A stretch of DNA of 63,924 nucleotides, filler included, from Eremomyces bilateralis CBS 781.70 (GCA_010015585.1; 7 parts of 7 records of this genome joined end to end with filler, not necessarily neighbours in it); one strand, 5' to 3'. Counted from the whole stretch's first letter, positions 1 to 13,257 are shown. Numbers and translations: made by a program. Notes: generated from the letters alone by a model not told the origin.

Positions 1-206
1 AGTTATAAAGATATAGAGATTTGGTCTCTAAATCTTGCCAAGAAGTAGGTATCTCTATACCTGTAAAAGCTAGGGCTTTAATATTTCAATAGTAGGCTAG
101 AAATGGCTAGGAAAACCTAACTCTAAGTTTTCAGACTATATTATCCAGTGGTTGTTGAGATATTGATATCGAATTTTGTCGAATTTACTATTTTAAACAA
201 AACGAC

Positions 207-264
207 GGCAGATTGACCTCCGTTTTTGGAGGTTTGTGACGCCGTTTTTGGAGGTAAATCTGCC
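207..264. repeat. Imperfect inverted repeat enclosing a 14-bp direct repeat, upstream of the captain gene
   Basis: GGCAGATTGACCTCC (207-221) vs GGAGGTAAATCTGCC (250-264), 1 mismatch as an inverted pair; CCGTTTTTGGAGGT at 220-233 and 242-255. Confidence 0.75.
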
Positions 265-705
265 ATGCTCCAGCGCCAATGAGAACTCCCCTTACTCTCC
301 GACATGGATCTCGCTGACATGGATCTGAGCCATGCCCCACCAACTTGAGTCCCTGTCGGCCTGTCCTTTTTTAGCTCCGCTCTGACCTAGAGCATGCGGC
401 GTCCAGTTTTCAGTATTTCGTTTTCCAACTCTGCTTTCTTTTGCTCATCCTCTGGCGTCTAAAGGGCCAGAAGAAGGGCCAGAAATGGCCCTCCAACAGA
501 GTCCGCGACGTTTACTTAAAATGGCGTCGCCCTCTTTCTCTTCGCGTTCTTCGAATCGTTGTCTTCTATTCTCCCTACTGTGTTTACTACACAACCTCAG
601 ACTATTGTTTGCTCTAAAGATCTTGCATCTCTTCCCTTTCGTTCTCGCATACGCCTTCGCCTCTCCGGCACTTTCACCGGCGTTGGAGCCTGCGAATAGG
701 ACTCC

Positions 706-3136
706 ATGCGTCGCCGTACCGTGGACGATTCCTGGTCTGATGGAGACAGTACCAGCTCGCAATCGGACGACTCGTCGACATACCGAACGAATCTGAACGA
801 TACGCCGGATACATCAGGCTGTGACTCGGACGCAGACCTTAACAGGGAGTCAGCATGGCTACTCGAAGGCAATGAGCATCCACCAGAGTACTACAACCAG
901 CTGCTGGATAACTTTGACGACTCGGAGTATACCAAGGAGGATTATAGCGATGGCACTACCGTCCTCCTCGACCGAAGCGAAGCGCAGTGGAACCAGTAAG
1001 TAGCATGACCTTCTCTTCTATATTGCTATTTCTCTGACGCTGGATAGATACTGTGCCTATACCGGAAAAGACCCCAAGAAGATGTACCAGGCCATATCAA
1101 TCAACGTATTGCACAACTTTTTCCACTGGCTGCTCAGCCAGCGCCGCGGGAAGGAGGGACGGCGACTTCGAGGGACCAAACTGGCCAGTTCTTTGGGCAC
1201 ATACTGGAAAATCTATCGGCTTACGTACGAGCGAGCCACTGGCGATAAGATCAACGGTCCGACGACGCGTGGGATGCATAAGGTATGAAAACTCGTGCCG
1301 TAGTATCAACGGTCCATTTTAACGCTGTCTTTCAGGTGCTGCGAAAGCTGGCGAAGAGACACGGATTGAAAAAGGGAGCCAGGGAAAAGCCGTGCATGTA
1401 TGTCGAGGATCTGAAAGAAGCGCTACGGACAAATTTGTGCGCAGTTGAAAAAAAATACTCACATGGGAGAATCCGGATTGGGGTGCAGCTTTTCATGCAA
1501 ATTGGGGGCTTTACGGCTAATCGTCCTGGGGCATTACTTAACCTCTGCTACCGACATATTAGAGTCACATTGCTGCGAGACCCCGAAGGTGGGCCGAATC
1601 GGATTCTCCTTGAATTTTCATTCGAGTTTACAAAGAGCTTCCTTGGTATCAAGGACATGTACGTTAAATTTCCTTACATTTCCTCCCTTACAGCTACTCT
1701 TCCTTTTATACATCCTACTTACTAGTACACAGAAACACATTTCCGATCCCAGAGATCATATATGATCCGTCTTTAATCTACAGCCCGCACGTGCTCCTGC
1801 TAGGTCTGATTTTCGACGATCAAGCTTTCGCAGCACCAAGCCTTACCTCTCCGGATCAGCTCAGCATGCTGGATATCGAGCCAGGCCAGAACCAACTACT
1901 ATTACCGCTACGATCTGACCTAGACGATGTTCCGATTTTCCGCAAAGCTATTAAAACGCCAGAAGGATGGGAGATATCAAAGGACGAGCCTCTAGAGTAC
2001 TCTACCATCCGGTATGCGATGAAGAGAGTCGGCGAGCTCACTGGGTTCAAGTTGCTTCTGCGCCCATACGCACTCCGATATGGTGCTGGAAAAGCTTTCA
2101 ACGAAAACGGTATGTGGCCTACCCTTATGCTCTATTTGGCTGATGCGAGTGGTGTTCTTCTGTAGGCAACGTCAGCGAGGCGCTCCAAAACCTGATGATG
2201 CAGCACGGTGATCCGCGGACGTTCTTAAAACACTACCTCCATCGACGAGTAACAGTAGATGCGGCTGCAATTGTGCGGCGAGTCCAGCCCCAAGACGCAG
2301 TCATGCAAGCTGCTTGTAACATGAGCCGATGGATTGACCCGAATCGACCCTGGGGCCTTACCGCAGAGCAGGCAGACTCGGTGAACCAAACCCCTCTTAT
2401 TCGTTCCCTTCTGCAGGATCGGGACAGACTGAAGCGCCGCTACAGTCCGAAGCATATTAAGTACATTGAACACAATAAGAGGATTATAAGTGAAAAGCAA
2501 CGCCTTCGGGCATCACTTCTTGCAGATATTCAAGAGAAGTATGAGAAGGAAGGCCCAGTACGAGCGATTGAGCAGCAGCTGTCGGGCGTGAAGATCAGTC
2601 AAAAGCCAATAGTTGCGTCCTATTTCACGACCAAGACTCTTCCCGAACAGAAGCGATTGATCGAGGCGCTCATACTTGCCCCACCAGGGAACACTCTCGA
2701 GGAGGAGTTCCGGCGGCGGAACGAGGCCATCATCGCCGTTACAGAGTACTGCAAAATCGAAGAAGGCGATACACCCAAAAGCCAAACGCGGCCTCGAGGC
2801 CAAATGAAGCGCCTGTCGATCAAAAATGAGGATGAAGACCGATCAGCAGCGCCCGTTAAGCTAATAGAGAAAGAAATAGAGGCCGCTATGCTATCGGTCT
2901 TTAAAGATAAGCGACCGACGATATGTTTTCTTTGTCTTGGTAACGTCGCTTTACCGCTTGCTATACGAGTCTATTCCTTTAGCACTTCCTCTGATCTTGG
3001 CAAGCACTTTCGGCGGAAACACCTGTCTAATATTACGGACGGCGAGAGGATTGACTGCAGGGTTTGCAAGATGTCACTCAGCTGCAAGATGCACTTGCAA
3101 AGCCACGCGAAGAAGATACATGGGACGGTGTCGTGA
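706..3136 (+). CDS. DUF3435 tyrosine recombinase (Starship captain-like) with C-terminal C2H2-type Zn motifs; 5 exons (706-995, 1048-1282, 1336-1658, 1733-2109, 2166-3136)
   Basis: Four GT..AG introns join the track ORFs in frame (Q|YCAYTGKDP, K|VLRKLAK, I|NTFPIPEIIYDP, G|NVSEALQNLMMQH). Family-typical motifs HPPEYY, FTANRPGALL, RPYALRYGAG, MMQH..RTFLKHY (R..R..H..Y catalytic set) and C-terminal CFLC...HFRRKH / CRVC...HAKKIH. Confidence 0.9.
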
Positions 3137-5303
3137 ACTTCGATACTGAGTTATCGAATCTTGGTACGCTGGTTGAAGCGGCCGCGTTACGATTGAGGAA
3201 CAGTCATTTCTTTGTCACTGTTGGGTCCGATTCGAAGTATATTCGCGACTTTGCAGCTAGTCTCTTATTTACGTTTCTAATGACAGTAAGGTTCATCTGG
3301 TGTACGAAATCCTTTGATCAAGGGAATCTACATGCGAGACGTGATTGGATTCGAAAGGTGTGATAGAGTCAGAGAGATGGTAGCTTCTGTAGCGACAAGG
3401 TTTGGGGAAAATCTACTTTAAAGTGAGCCGTTAAGGATGTCTACGAAGTCACATAACTTGATGAAGCCGGTAGCTCCATTAGAAACAATTCGGAGATAAT
3501 TCCCAGCTAACCAGAGATAACTCTCCATAATTTATAGAATAGGGTTGTACTACTGCGCTATTGTGCTAAGTTACTGTAAGGAAATAGTGGCGTAGATGAG
3601 AGATTATGGTGATATCATCCTCGTTCGTACTATTGATGGAAACTGTTCCAGACATCACTGCCACCCTACCCTGTAATTCCGACTCCTGCAGTGCTTCTCC
3701 TATGAGGATGTTTTTGACATATACCCAAGGTTGCCACTTAAACGACCAAACACAAGGGAACCGCATTCGCACCAAACATATCAAGATGTCTTTATCAACC
3801 ACCATGCCCATCACAAGCATGTCCTAACCGAAAATATATGCGCTGATACTATCGGGTGAGACCAGAAATGGATTCAGGGCGGCAGTTCACACGGACTCCG
3901 GGGTGTCTGAAAAGTGAAAACGGATACGTTTGATTCCGGGTGGGGCCAGAAATGGACTACTCAAGGGAATTGCAAGGGCCTATTGCCGAAACTTTTTAGA
4001 TCCCCTTCCGGCTCCCAGAACTAGGGAATCTTGTTTAATGATGTTTTGGGACAAAATCTGTACCCAACAGCAAGCAAGGAAACACAGTCTACATGACTGA
4101 TATTGGCCTGATCCGTGTTATTATGCGCCGCTACCCCGTCGGCACAAGCGCAGTACTGTTGCAACTCCAGGCAGGGCCAAGGTAATCCTCTGCCGCTCCC
4201 CGGCAACGCAAGAAATTCGCTAACCAGTCTCCCGCAAACACAGCTTCAACCTCGTCTACTTCGAGCGGAACGAGAAGCTCTGTGTTCTTCCCAGTTCTAG
4301 TACCCGAATTTAGCAGGCAGCTCATTCACCATCGCTACGTTTGCGAGCGATTTAAAAGAGACGGACACTTACTTCGTCATACGCCATGATAGTGCCTGCT
4401 ACCGCTATCAGCTCGACTATGAAGCAAGAAAAGACTATGGCCATAGAGTGCCTCGAGAGGAGCTCTCGAAGTTGAAACCCCCGACAACCTCATTAATCAC
4501 TCCAGTGCAGTAGAAAGGATTCAGTCTGTTAGCTTGGCGTCCTCTCGTCTAAAAGAGAAGAGCCGGGCGCTTTCGTATACCAAATCCATCACTCTCAAAA
4601 CCCCGCCGTTGCTCTGTTTGATTGCGTTGGTTGACAACTCTGCCCAGCCAGCCTCTGGCCGTTGGTCCTCTACAACACGGTCCGTCGCATAAGACGCCTT
4701 TACCTAATTACAAACCTGGCTGATCGGCATTTCTATCTAGAAAGAGCCTGGTACCCGTCATGCTTCTATAAAATGCTCATCAAATCTCTAAACTCCGACA
4801 ATTCCAGCGGTAAGTTGCCGGCCTCGCTTCAATGCCTTAGCGATAACGGATACGGCTACGGGAAGTGGCCACGGCAAAGGGCCTGCTTTCAATACAGTAA
4901 GATGGTTTTCTAATAAATTTATGCCAGTTCCCGCCGCTCGCCGAAAAATGCATTTCCTATTTCGGAGTTACCAGCCTCAGTGTATAAACGGATCACCTCA
5001 CCGCTACTGCGCCCTCCCTTTCGCTAGGCGACGGAATTGGTCATTCTAGAGATATGTGCCGATATTTCAAATTAATAGAACAAACGGAGCAACGCACAAT
5101 CCCGTTTTTCACTCTGCTTCCGTTCAACACTTTTGGAGGCTAGGCACGAATCTAGCTTGTAACCCCATGATATAAAGGTCACCTGCTGGAAGGAAGAAAA
5201 ATTGTCATGGCGTAAATAGGAGCTTTCATGATTCTTAGCCGTTGACCTAATCGGCCTCGTTTTTCCTGATCAGTTTCTACATTTGATTTTCAATCACCTC
5301 AAT

Positions 5304-7581
5304 ATGAGGGGCCCGGGGTCAAAAATCAGCGGTATGGCCAATCCGGCGCTCCTGAACAAAGTTGACAAACTGTTTGCGAGCGGAGTTGGAGAATACGTAT
5401 CTCTCCCGCAGATTGTGGCCGTCGGAGACCAGTCTAGCGGTAAAAGTTCTGTTCTTGAAGCATTAACCGGTCTGCCTTTCCCAAGGGACAGTGATCTCTG
5501 CACCCGGTTCGCGACGCAGATTAGGTTCTGCCGGGCACCAAAAGCGGAGATTTCGATATCCATCATTCCGGCCAGCGGCAGCAGCGGGGAGCATGCCGAA
5601 GCATGCACCGCCTGGTCAAAGCCCGGCCTCGAGGACCTGGACCCAGAGACATTTTCTAGCATCATGAGAGAGGTTCGCATATCCATCTGGGTTCCTTCTA
5701 TGGCTAACGGCTTTAGGCACATACAATTATGGGGATTGATGGCGGAGTCAGCTTTTCCGACGACGTGCTCTGTATTGAAATATACGGGCCGGATCAAGAG
5801 CACTTTTCGGTTGTTGATGTCCCCGGAATCTTCAGAAAGACCACCGAAGGGGTCACAACCAAAGCGGACAAGATTAAGGTCGAAGCGATGGTCCGGCGAT
5901 ATATGGAGAATCCCCGGTCTATCATTCTGGCGGTCGTTCCTGCCAACGTGGATATTGCAACACAAGAGATCCTGACGATGGCTGAGGAAGTGGATCCAGA
6001 TGGGCACAGGACTCTTGGGGTCCTGACCAAGCCGGATTTGGTTGACAGAGGCGCTGAATCGGCGGTGATTTCCCTTATTGAGGGCAAAAGGCACAAACTG
6101 ACCTTAGGATGGTGCGTTGTTCGCAATCCTGGGCAAAGTCAGCTAGAGAGTTCATCTGTTAACCGAGAAGCAATCGAGACGGCCTTCTTCCAGGATAACC
6201 CTCCTTGGAATACTCTTGAGAAGGACAGGGTTGGCATCGGTTCTTTGCGGCTTCGGCTGCAGGAGATTCTCGCCAGTAACATCCGTCGCGAGTTTCCAAA
6301 GGTGCGTAGAGCCCCCGGCATTCTTAAGCGATGCTAATCCTGCCGCAGGTCAAAAATGAGATCCATAAGAGGCTCAATGCCTGCAGGGAGCGTCTCGACA
6401 ACCTCGGCGCAAAAAGAGAAACGGCGGATGAGCAGCGTCAATACCTTTTGGGTATAAGTGAACGGTTCCAAAAATTCGTGATGTCCGCACTCTCTGCAGA
6501 TTACGTGGGCGATGATTGGTTTGATAAGTCCCCAAACCTTCGTTTCGCTACTGCGGTCGTGAACCGCAATGAGGCTCTCGCGAAAATGTTGGCACAATAC
6601 GGTCACTCGTATACTTTCGACGGAGAACAACGCGTTAGCTCAGAGGACGGAGATGAAGGCGACAGCTCAGAGGACAGAGATGACAATGACGAAGAAATCG
6701 AACGGAAACTTTCAGTCCGAGCCCAGAAGGACCCCGAAGGCTTGGAAGAGCTGCCGCCTGGAGAGAACATGATAGTTAGCCACACTCCTCGGGGTATTTT
6801 CAAGTGGCTATCAAAGGTCTACGGGACGTCGCGTGGTTTTGAGCTCGGTACCTTTGATGGTTCGCTTCTTGCTATGACGATGAAGACTCAGTCGTCTAAA
6901 TGGGAGCCAATCGCCGTCGGCTACATCAAGGATATAATCAGTATGGCGCATACGTTCGTCCGTGACTTATTGCATCTAGTCTGCCCGGATCTCCGCGTGT
7001 GGGAAGGTCTCATGTCGGTCCTTATGGATGAGCTCTTGGCGAAGTATAAAGCTGCGCTCGACTATGTCCATTTCCTCCTCCGTGTCGAGAGGGCCGGAAC
7101 GCCAGCGACTCTGAATCACTACTTCGCCGATAACCTGGAAAAGTGGTAAGTCTATTTATCCCGTTTTTGCATCAGCCGCTTATGATTTGCCAGCCGCCAA
7201 AAGCGCATTCGCGCTAAGCTGCAAAAGAAAGCCTTTAAAGATATCGACGGAAAACTTGTTGTCAGCCTTGAAGACATTGTACAGAACCATCACACGTCTA
7301 ATGTCGAGCATGTCGTCCAAGAGATCCATGACATCCTCCAATCCTACTATAAAGTCGCCCGCAAGCGCTTCGCGGACAATATATGCATGCAAGCAGCGGA
7401 CCATCATATCGTGACAGGGCCTTGCTCCCCGCTGAGACTCTTTGGCACGGCTTTCGTGAGCCACCTGTCCGATGAACAGTTGATGGATATCGCCGGGGAA
7501 GATGCAGCCTCACGAATGAAGCGTGCTACTCTGACTAAGGAGATTGCAGGTCTTGAAGCTGGAAAGAAAATTGTATCCTAA
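5304..7581 (+). CDS. Dynamin/Mx-like large GTPase (fungal accessory dynamin family); about 4 exons, start codon uncertain
   Basis: G1 LPQIVAVGDQSSGKSSVLE, G2 CTRFAT, G3 DVPG, G4 TKPD; C-terminal GED-like region (YYKVARKRFADNICMQAADH). Introns at about 5673-5716, 6302-6348 and 7146-7193. Confidence 0.9.
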
Positions 7582-7660
7582 TTCGGATTGTATGTACTGG
7601 AGCTAGGCAGTTCGGTGTTTGAGTAAGTTCGCATTACCATATAACTACCGTCTTTTGGTA

Positions 7661-8230
7661 CAGTAAGTGGACATAAGTCTGTGCACACCTCCCAAAATCT
7701 TGAAAATGGCCCACCAGCCACCTTATCTTGCGAAACGCTCAAAAACGTAGAGAAACTCATAGATATTAAAAAAGTTTTATTTCCAAATCGGGTAATACCT
7801 AATACTTCGTATGCCACCCTTTTGCTCTAATTACAGCCTGCAGACGTCGCGGAATTGAATCAATTAGTCGCTGGATCGTCTCCTGAGGGATCGCCCACCA
7901 CGCCTCCCTTAACGCCTTATTCATGGCCTCCCGTGCCTCCTGCGATGAACCCATCTGTTTTAATTCGGGGTGGAGCTTAAGGACTTTCGATTTCAGCAGG
8001 TGCCACATATGCTCGATGGGGTTAAGGTCTGGAGAATTAGCCGGCCAATCGATCACCCAGACACGCTTACCACCCGCCCCTTTCTCGTAAGAGCACTCGT
8101 CTGTGGAGTGGACCCGAGAGAAGTAGAATTGCTCGTTCTCTCGGGCGAATTTCAGCCGGTTTTTCGCGTGTTGGGCCGTTAGATAGGGCCACTGGCGTGC
8201 CACCCACTTCCTAATTCCCTCGCATACATT
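7661..8230 (-). mobile_element. Tc1/mariner transposon remnant with an internally deleted DDE transposase and one terminus
   Basis: ORF 7799-8203(-) has TDECSY and WPANSPDLNPIEHMW...IPRRLQAVIRAKGWHTKY, with the middle of the catalytic domain missing. TA|CAGTAAGTGGAC at 7659-7672 resembles a Tc1 terminus. Confidence 0.8.
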
Positions 8231-9113
8231 TGCGGTCAGGTCGCAAGCCTTTCCATCCTGGCTATGTTCTTCGGTCTGACAATCCTCTTCTGATGCTAGG
8301 TGCGATAGAGGCTACAGAGCAGGATTCACATGTATCGTGATCTCCTTTGGGCAGACAGGGCAAGGGAAAGTTAAGACTAGCTTCGAGGGCATCTTAAAGG
8401 GACAATGCAGCTTTGGCCAGTCATCTATTATGTATTTATCTACTACTCTAGGCTCTCCGTTTCAGGGTAACAGTATGTAAACGTCGGCTCCGAGATACAC
8501 TTTAAGAGCCATGCAGCGCAGGTTCACAATATATCCTTGTGGATATCACTGTCTCATCCACCCAGAGAAGGCTGGGTGAGTCATCCATGTGGTACTACTA
8601 TAATGTTTGCTTGTTGATCTGAAGACCGATCAAACATAGAATTGCAAAATAATACATGTAAAACAGTCTCCCTTCTTTCTTTGCTCTCTCCTCTTTATAT
8701 TTGGTTTGTCTAGGAAATGGCATTCAGCTTCTTTCCAGAATGTATCAAAGATAAAGTAAACTTACACACTTTTCTGTTTTGCTGTCTTATTCTTAATCCT
8801 GTCGCTTGCTTTTCCGCCATGCCTGTTTCAACAAGTTGGACGAGTTAGACAATAACTCACTCATTAACCTCATCAGAATATCCAACTTCGATAGGCTGCT
8901 GGATGGAGGATTGTTGTCTGTTGGAGTCACTTCTGGCGCAAGCAGGCTGCACTGTTTGACTCCGAAAGAGATTACATATGTCAAAGAAAATGAGACATGC
9001 ACGTCCGCGTTTAGGTCGCACGACAATCAAGTCTTGCCGCTTCCAGATGATTTATAACTGTTGCATCAACTACTCCAGATCTTAACTTGAAGGGCAGTTG
9101 GAGCTGACACATA

Positions 9114-9754
9114 ATGGAGGTTAATTGCGAGACCTGCGATCGATCTTTCGGTAGCAAGGAGGCCCTAGAGCAGCATCTACGCTACTCCTCGGCTCATCAA
9201 CAGGCCCCAGAAACTCCTTTAGATGCGTTCTTCCGGTCTTTCCCAACCTTTAGTTATGACCCTTCCCTACCACCAGCCACATCCTACGCCAATTTGCGAA
9301 AACACAAAGGTTGGCGGCCCGGCGATGCCTCGAACGATGCTTGGAGGAGATACCAAGATGCATTAGAAGGCGAATTGCGGATGTGGTATGGAGCAGAGGA
9401 CGACTTGACTGCGTGGCATGCTCTTTGTCGTGCCATTGGCATCGAACCGCTTCCACGAACATGTGGGCAATGTGAAAGGGTATAGATCCGTCATTCCACG
9501 AAACTTGGCGCCCTTCTGCTAACTCAGGGTATAATTAGGCTGTACGAAGGACACATGTCAATATTGTTGATTTGATTGAGTGGGGACGGAAACGTGGAGA
9601 CAAAGAGAAAAGAGTGCAGACATTTCAGACGGTGGCAGAGCTGCGAGAGTATTGCAGCAGAACGGGCAAGATATTCAGCAACACAACCGATCGGAAAGAC
9701 AGCAACGTTGTTCTGAGACATCTACTTCGGAAGCTCTTAGGAGAGAGTTCCTAG
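9114..9754 (+). CDS. Small protein with an N-terminal C2H2 zinc finger and an uncharacterised fungal domain; intron 9480-9538
   Basis: CETCDRSFGSKEALEQHLRYSSAH; WHALCRAIGIEPLPRTCGQCE spliced in frame to AVRRTHVNIVDLIEW. Confidence 0.75.
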
Positions 9755-10712
9755 AATAACAGAGAGAATAATGAGACGTCAGACAACGCGTCTTTGAGGC
9801 TGGTTAAGTCGTTTCGTCCGGGAACAGAGGAACAGGGCAACCATACCTATGTAATTTTTGTGTGGAACGGCTCTCAAATAGTAAGCAGTAGCTACAGAGC
9901 ACATTGAGCGTAGTACTCTAAATCTACCATGTGTGTATGTTTTCTGCTGCTCAGAAATCGGAGTACCATGGATTTGTTCCAGGCCGCAGGGCCCTGGCAT
10001 ATGGATATGGATATCCTGGTGGGCCTGGTACCTTAGGCGTCCTGGCACAGGTGTCTTGGTACCACCCCTTCAAGCTTTCACAGCCATCCTGCCGAAATCA
10101 GCGCACCGAGAACCTGTTCCACGTTGGCGATAATTACCACTTTTGAGCTGGAGCTGCGTAGCTATACCGTTAGACGTCCGCTCGCTAGTCCCCTAATACC
10201 GTCTGCACATGACCTTGCCAACCTCGCAACCTCGCAAACCGTCTCCGCAGTCATGCCACCGTTCTAAGTCGAACATGTTTTTCAAGCCTATACGGCTCGC
10301 AGTCTTCCCTAGAACTCGAAGTCGGCTTCGGCACAGACAATGAGACGCAGGTATTTGAACCCAACTCCGATAGGTACAGAGATCTACCAGGGTCCGACCT
10401 ACCTACCTGCTCTGACCAATGACAGATCTCTATCGGACGTGCCCAGATGAGTGTCGCGTGTGAGGTGGACATGCAAACTTCCAGCAATCCAGCTGTGAGG
10501 CTGCGAAGCCTGCCAAGCTAAGCTGTGACGGTGCCAAGCTGCACAGTGGTGATGATACTGCTGTTGTTGCTGTTGCAAATGCCTCTTGTCAGAACATCTT
10601 CCCGATCTTTCAATGTCACCTTTTCGAGCTGGAGCGAATGATCCTACGAAGACTATTACGCTCTACGAGTTTCTGCATGGATCTCGCAGGCCGTTTCGAT
10701 GTTGGATTAATC

Positions 10713-11800
10713 ATGGGCTCGGAGGCTCCAGTAAGGTCCCGACTTGTTTTGCATGAACGTCATGGCTAATAACCTTTCCCCAGGGTCAGACTAAAGCCGA
10801 GGCGGCCAGAATCGAGCTCGATCGCATAACCAGAATCAGAGATGCCTTGAACGATAAGAAATTGGTGGTTGTCATTGGGGCTGGAGTGACACTGAATGTA
10901 ACAGCGTCTCAGTCGGGTAAAACACTGGATCGGCTGTCTTGGCTAGGATTGATACGACATGGCTTGAACTACCTCGTTAAAGACGACTATATCGACAAGG
11001 ACGACTACAGACTCCGATATGCACAAGAGATACTCGATTTATATCCCGGAGATCTATTAGAGGCAGCACGAGTATTAAGAGCTCTCTTGGACGAAGCCCG
11101 TCAGTTCCCTACTTGGTTGAAAGCTGTTTTTGGAGGACTTTCCAAAGAAGTGAGGCATCGTGCCTTGCTGGATGTATTGAAGTCTCTCCACGAGAGAGGA
11201 GCGATGCTGCTAACAACAAACTACGATGATCTCTTCGAAGAAGGTTACTGCGAATTGCGCCGTATCAGCCGGTCGAATCATGACGATCTCCTAAAGTTCC
11301 AAAGTGGAGAATTGCGCGGTATCCTTCATGTGCACGGCAGCTATCATGATCCCGCAGACGTCATCATAGATGCAACGGACTACGAGAACGTTCAAAGCTC
11401 GGACATCAAGACTGTGCTGAGGACGCTCTGGAATACTTACACGATTCTGTTTGTTGGCTGTGGATCCGGATTAGAAGACCCAAACTTCGGCGCACTATTG
11501 CAATGGGCATGCGACGACCAGAAGAATATCTCAAATCGACATTGTGTGTTGCTCAAGACCGGAGATCCTTTCAACCCCAAACCTCTGGTGCGGTTAAAAT
11601 TTGGCCCGAACTATTCAGATCTAGTGCCTTACTTGCAGCGGCTACTTAGTGAACAGGAAACAGACGATCCAATAGACGCCACGGCCCCATCTGGAGCGGA
11701 GGCAAATTGGTGGATTGGGAATGGAAAAGCCCAAACATTCCTCCGAGCGCTAGGGAAGCTTTGGAATGCTACGAGCTGTGGAATGGCACGGGAAAGATGA
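10713..11800 (+). CDS. SIR2-like (SIR2_2) domain protein, probably C-terminally truncated; exon 10713-10730, intron 10731-10783
   Basis: VVVIGAGV, LLTTNYDDL, ILHVHGSY and ILFVGCGSGLEDPNF motifs. The ATG mini-exon splices in frame (GTAAG...GCTAAT...CAG). Confidence 0.85.
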
Positions 11801-11910
11801 ACTTTGGAATGCTACGAGCTGCGGAATGCTACGGAAGGATGAGCTTTGGGAACACTACGAGCTTTGGAGCGTTACGGGAGAGATGAGTTTGGAATGCTCC
11901 GAGCTTTGCT
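11757..11910 (+). repeat. Degenerate tandem repeat (core CTTTGGAATGCTACGAGCT) overlapping the SIR2 ORF end
   Basis: About 4 copies of roughly 40-43 bp units with sub-repeats GGAATGCTACG. Confidence 0.75.
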
Positions 11911-13023
11911 CTGAAGGCACACAGAGGATTGGAGGGCAAGAAAACTGGTAACCTCCCCCCCGGCGTGATGGAACACCCGCCGTGCTGGAACGAAATCGAG
12001 CTACTTTGACTTCAAACCAGCCCAAAGTGTACAGGCATACTGTAATTCTTATAATTTCATATTCGCTAGATTTTTCAGTCACTTTAAAATATGCGAGACT
12101 TTGTGAAACACAAAATTACAACTGCCTGGTTGCCGGTGAGCCGATCGTAACGCGGCACTCGGAATACAACTTCAACGGCGAGACCGTTCTCTCTATGCTA
12201 CAACGCTACCACCATCGTATTCTCTTTTCAAAATTTTGTAAAATGGACAAACTCACCTTATATTATCCTTTTATCGTGTACAAATCTTTTGTCTATATGT
12301 TCGTGTTGTGTTAGAAACGATTTCAAATCTTTCCATCACGCCGGCCAGTACCTGTGGCCGATCAAACTTCTGCTTCAAAGTTCAAACAGTCACGGGAAGA
12401 TGGCATAAGTTATTTTTCCGTAAACCGGCGCTGTCGAGTCACTCTCTAATTCTCTAGGCATCTAGCCTTGGCAGACCAACGCCTTTTAGTTGGGACAGAA
12501 CTCCCCTGTGTGGATGATCTCGCGTCCAAGCCCAGCAACAACACGAAGCCAGCAACATCACTTCCCACCACAGCTACTGAGGTGCAGTACAGTACGCATG
12601 ACGAATGCCCAAAGATTTGAATCGCCTTAGAATAATGTTTGGTTGCACCTCCTGTGCCTTCACGCTACAATCACCACCAAATTCTACTTCCATAACATCA
12701 GGGTTGCATTCGCAAGAATCTAAGATTGACGAACTTGCGAAACTCCAGCAGATTCCAGAAGACATTGCGATATGTAATCCGATACGAGATTTATTCGTCC
12801 GCTAAAGTCAATCAAAGTCGTCCTTCAGCCTTCAACCACACCAATGCTAGCCGCGGGCGACAGCATCCTGTCGCTATCTACTTTCCTCGATTTTGCGAGC
12901 TTTTCGTCGCTGTGCGAGCCCGTCGTTGTTCCGCGTTCCAATCCGCCAACATATTTGAGGAAGAACGGAAGAGATGATAACTGACTCCCAAAGCCTGTCT
13001 TTGGAGCTGTACACACTCCTTCA

Positions 13024-13257
13024 TTAGACTGATAACTCAGCATCCTGACCCTGCGCTCCGTACGTCGACGCCAGGTTGCCATGATGATCAGCGTGTGTGG
13101 ATGCTCCGCGCCAAGCACACTCTTTTCCCTCCATCACTCGCACGTCCAGCTTTTCAGCCTTGGTTCCGGATGTCGACGCCAGATTGGCCATGCTGGCTAC
13201 CGTGTGTGGATACTCCACACCAAGCACCCTCGTTCTCGTCTCTAGAAACCAATACAC
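13024..13257 (-). pseudogene. Degenerate TPR (kinesin-light-chain-like, NLR-type) repeat fragments
   Basis: RVLGVEYPHTVASMANLAST and LGAEHPHTLIIM lie in different frames. Confidence 0.65.

Noticed and set aside
5294..6094. 266-aa minus-strand ORF and many other long antisense ORFs (e.g. 14993-15415, 20523-21068, 30609-31151, 50084-50590)
   Set aside because: Shadows of real genes on the opposite strand, with no recognisable motifs.
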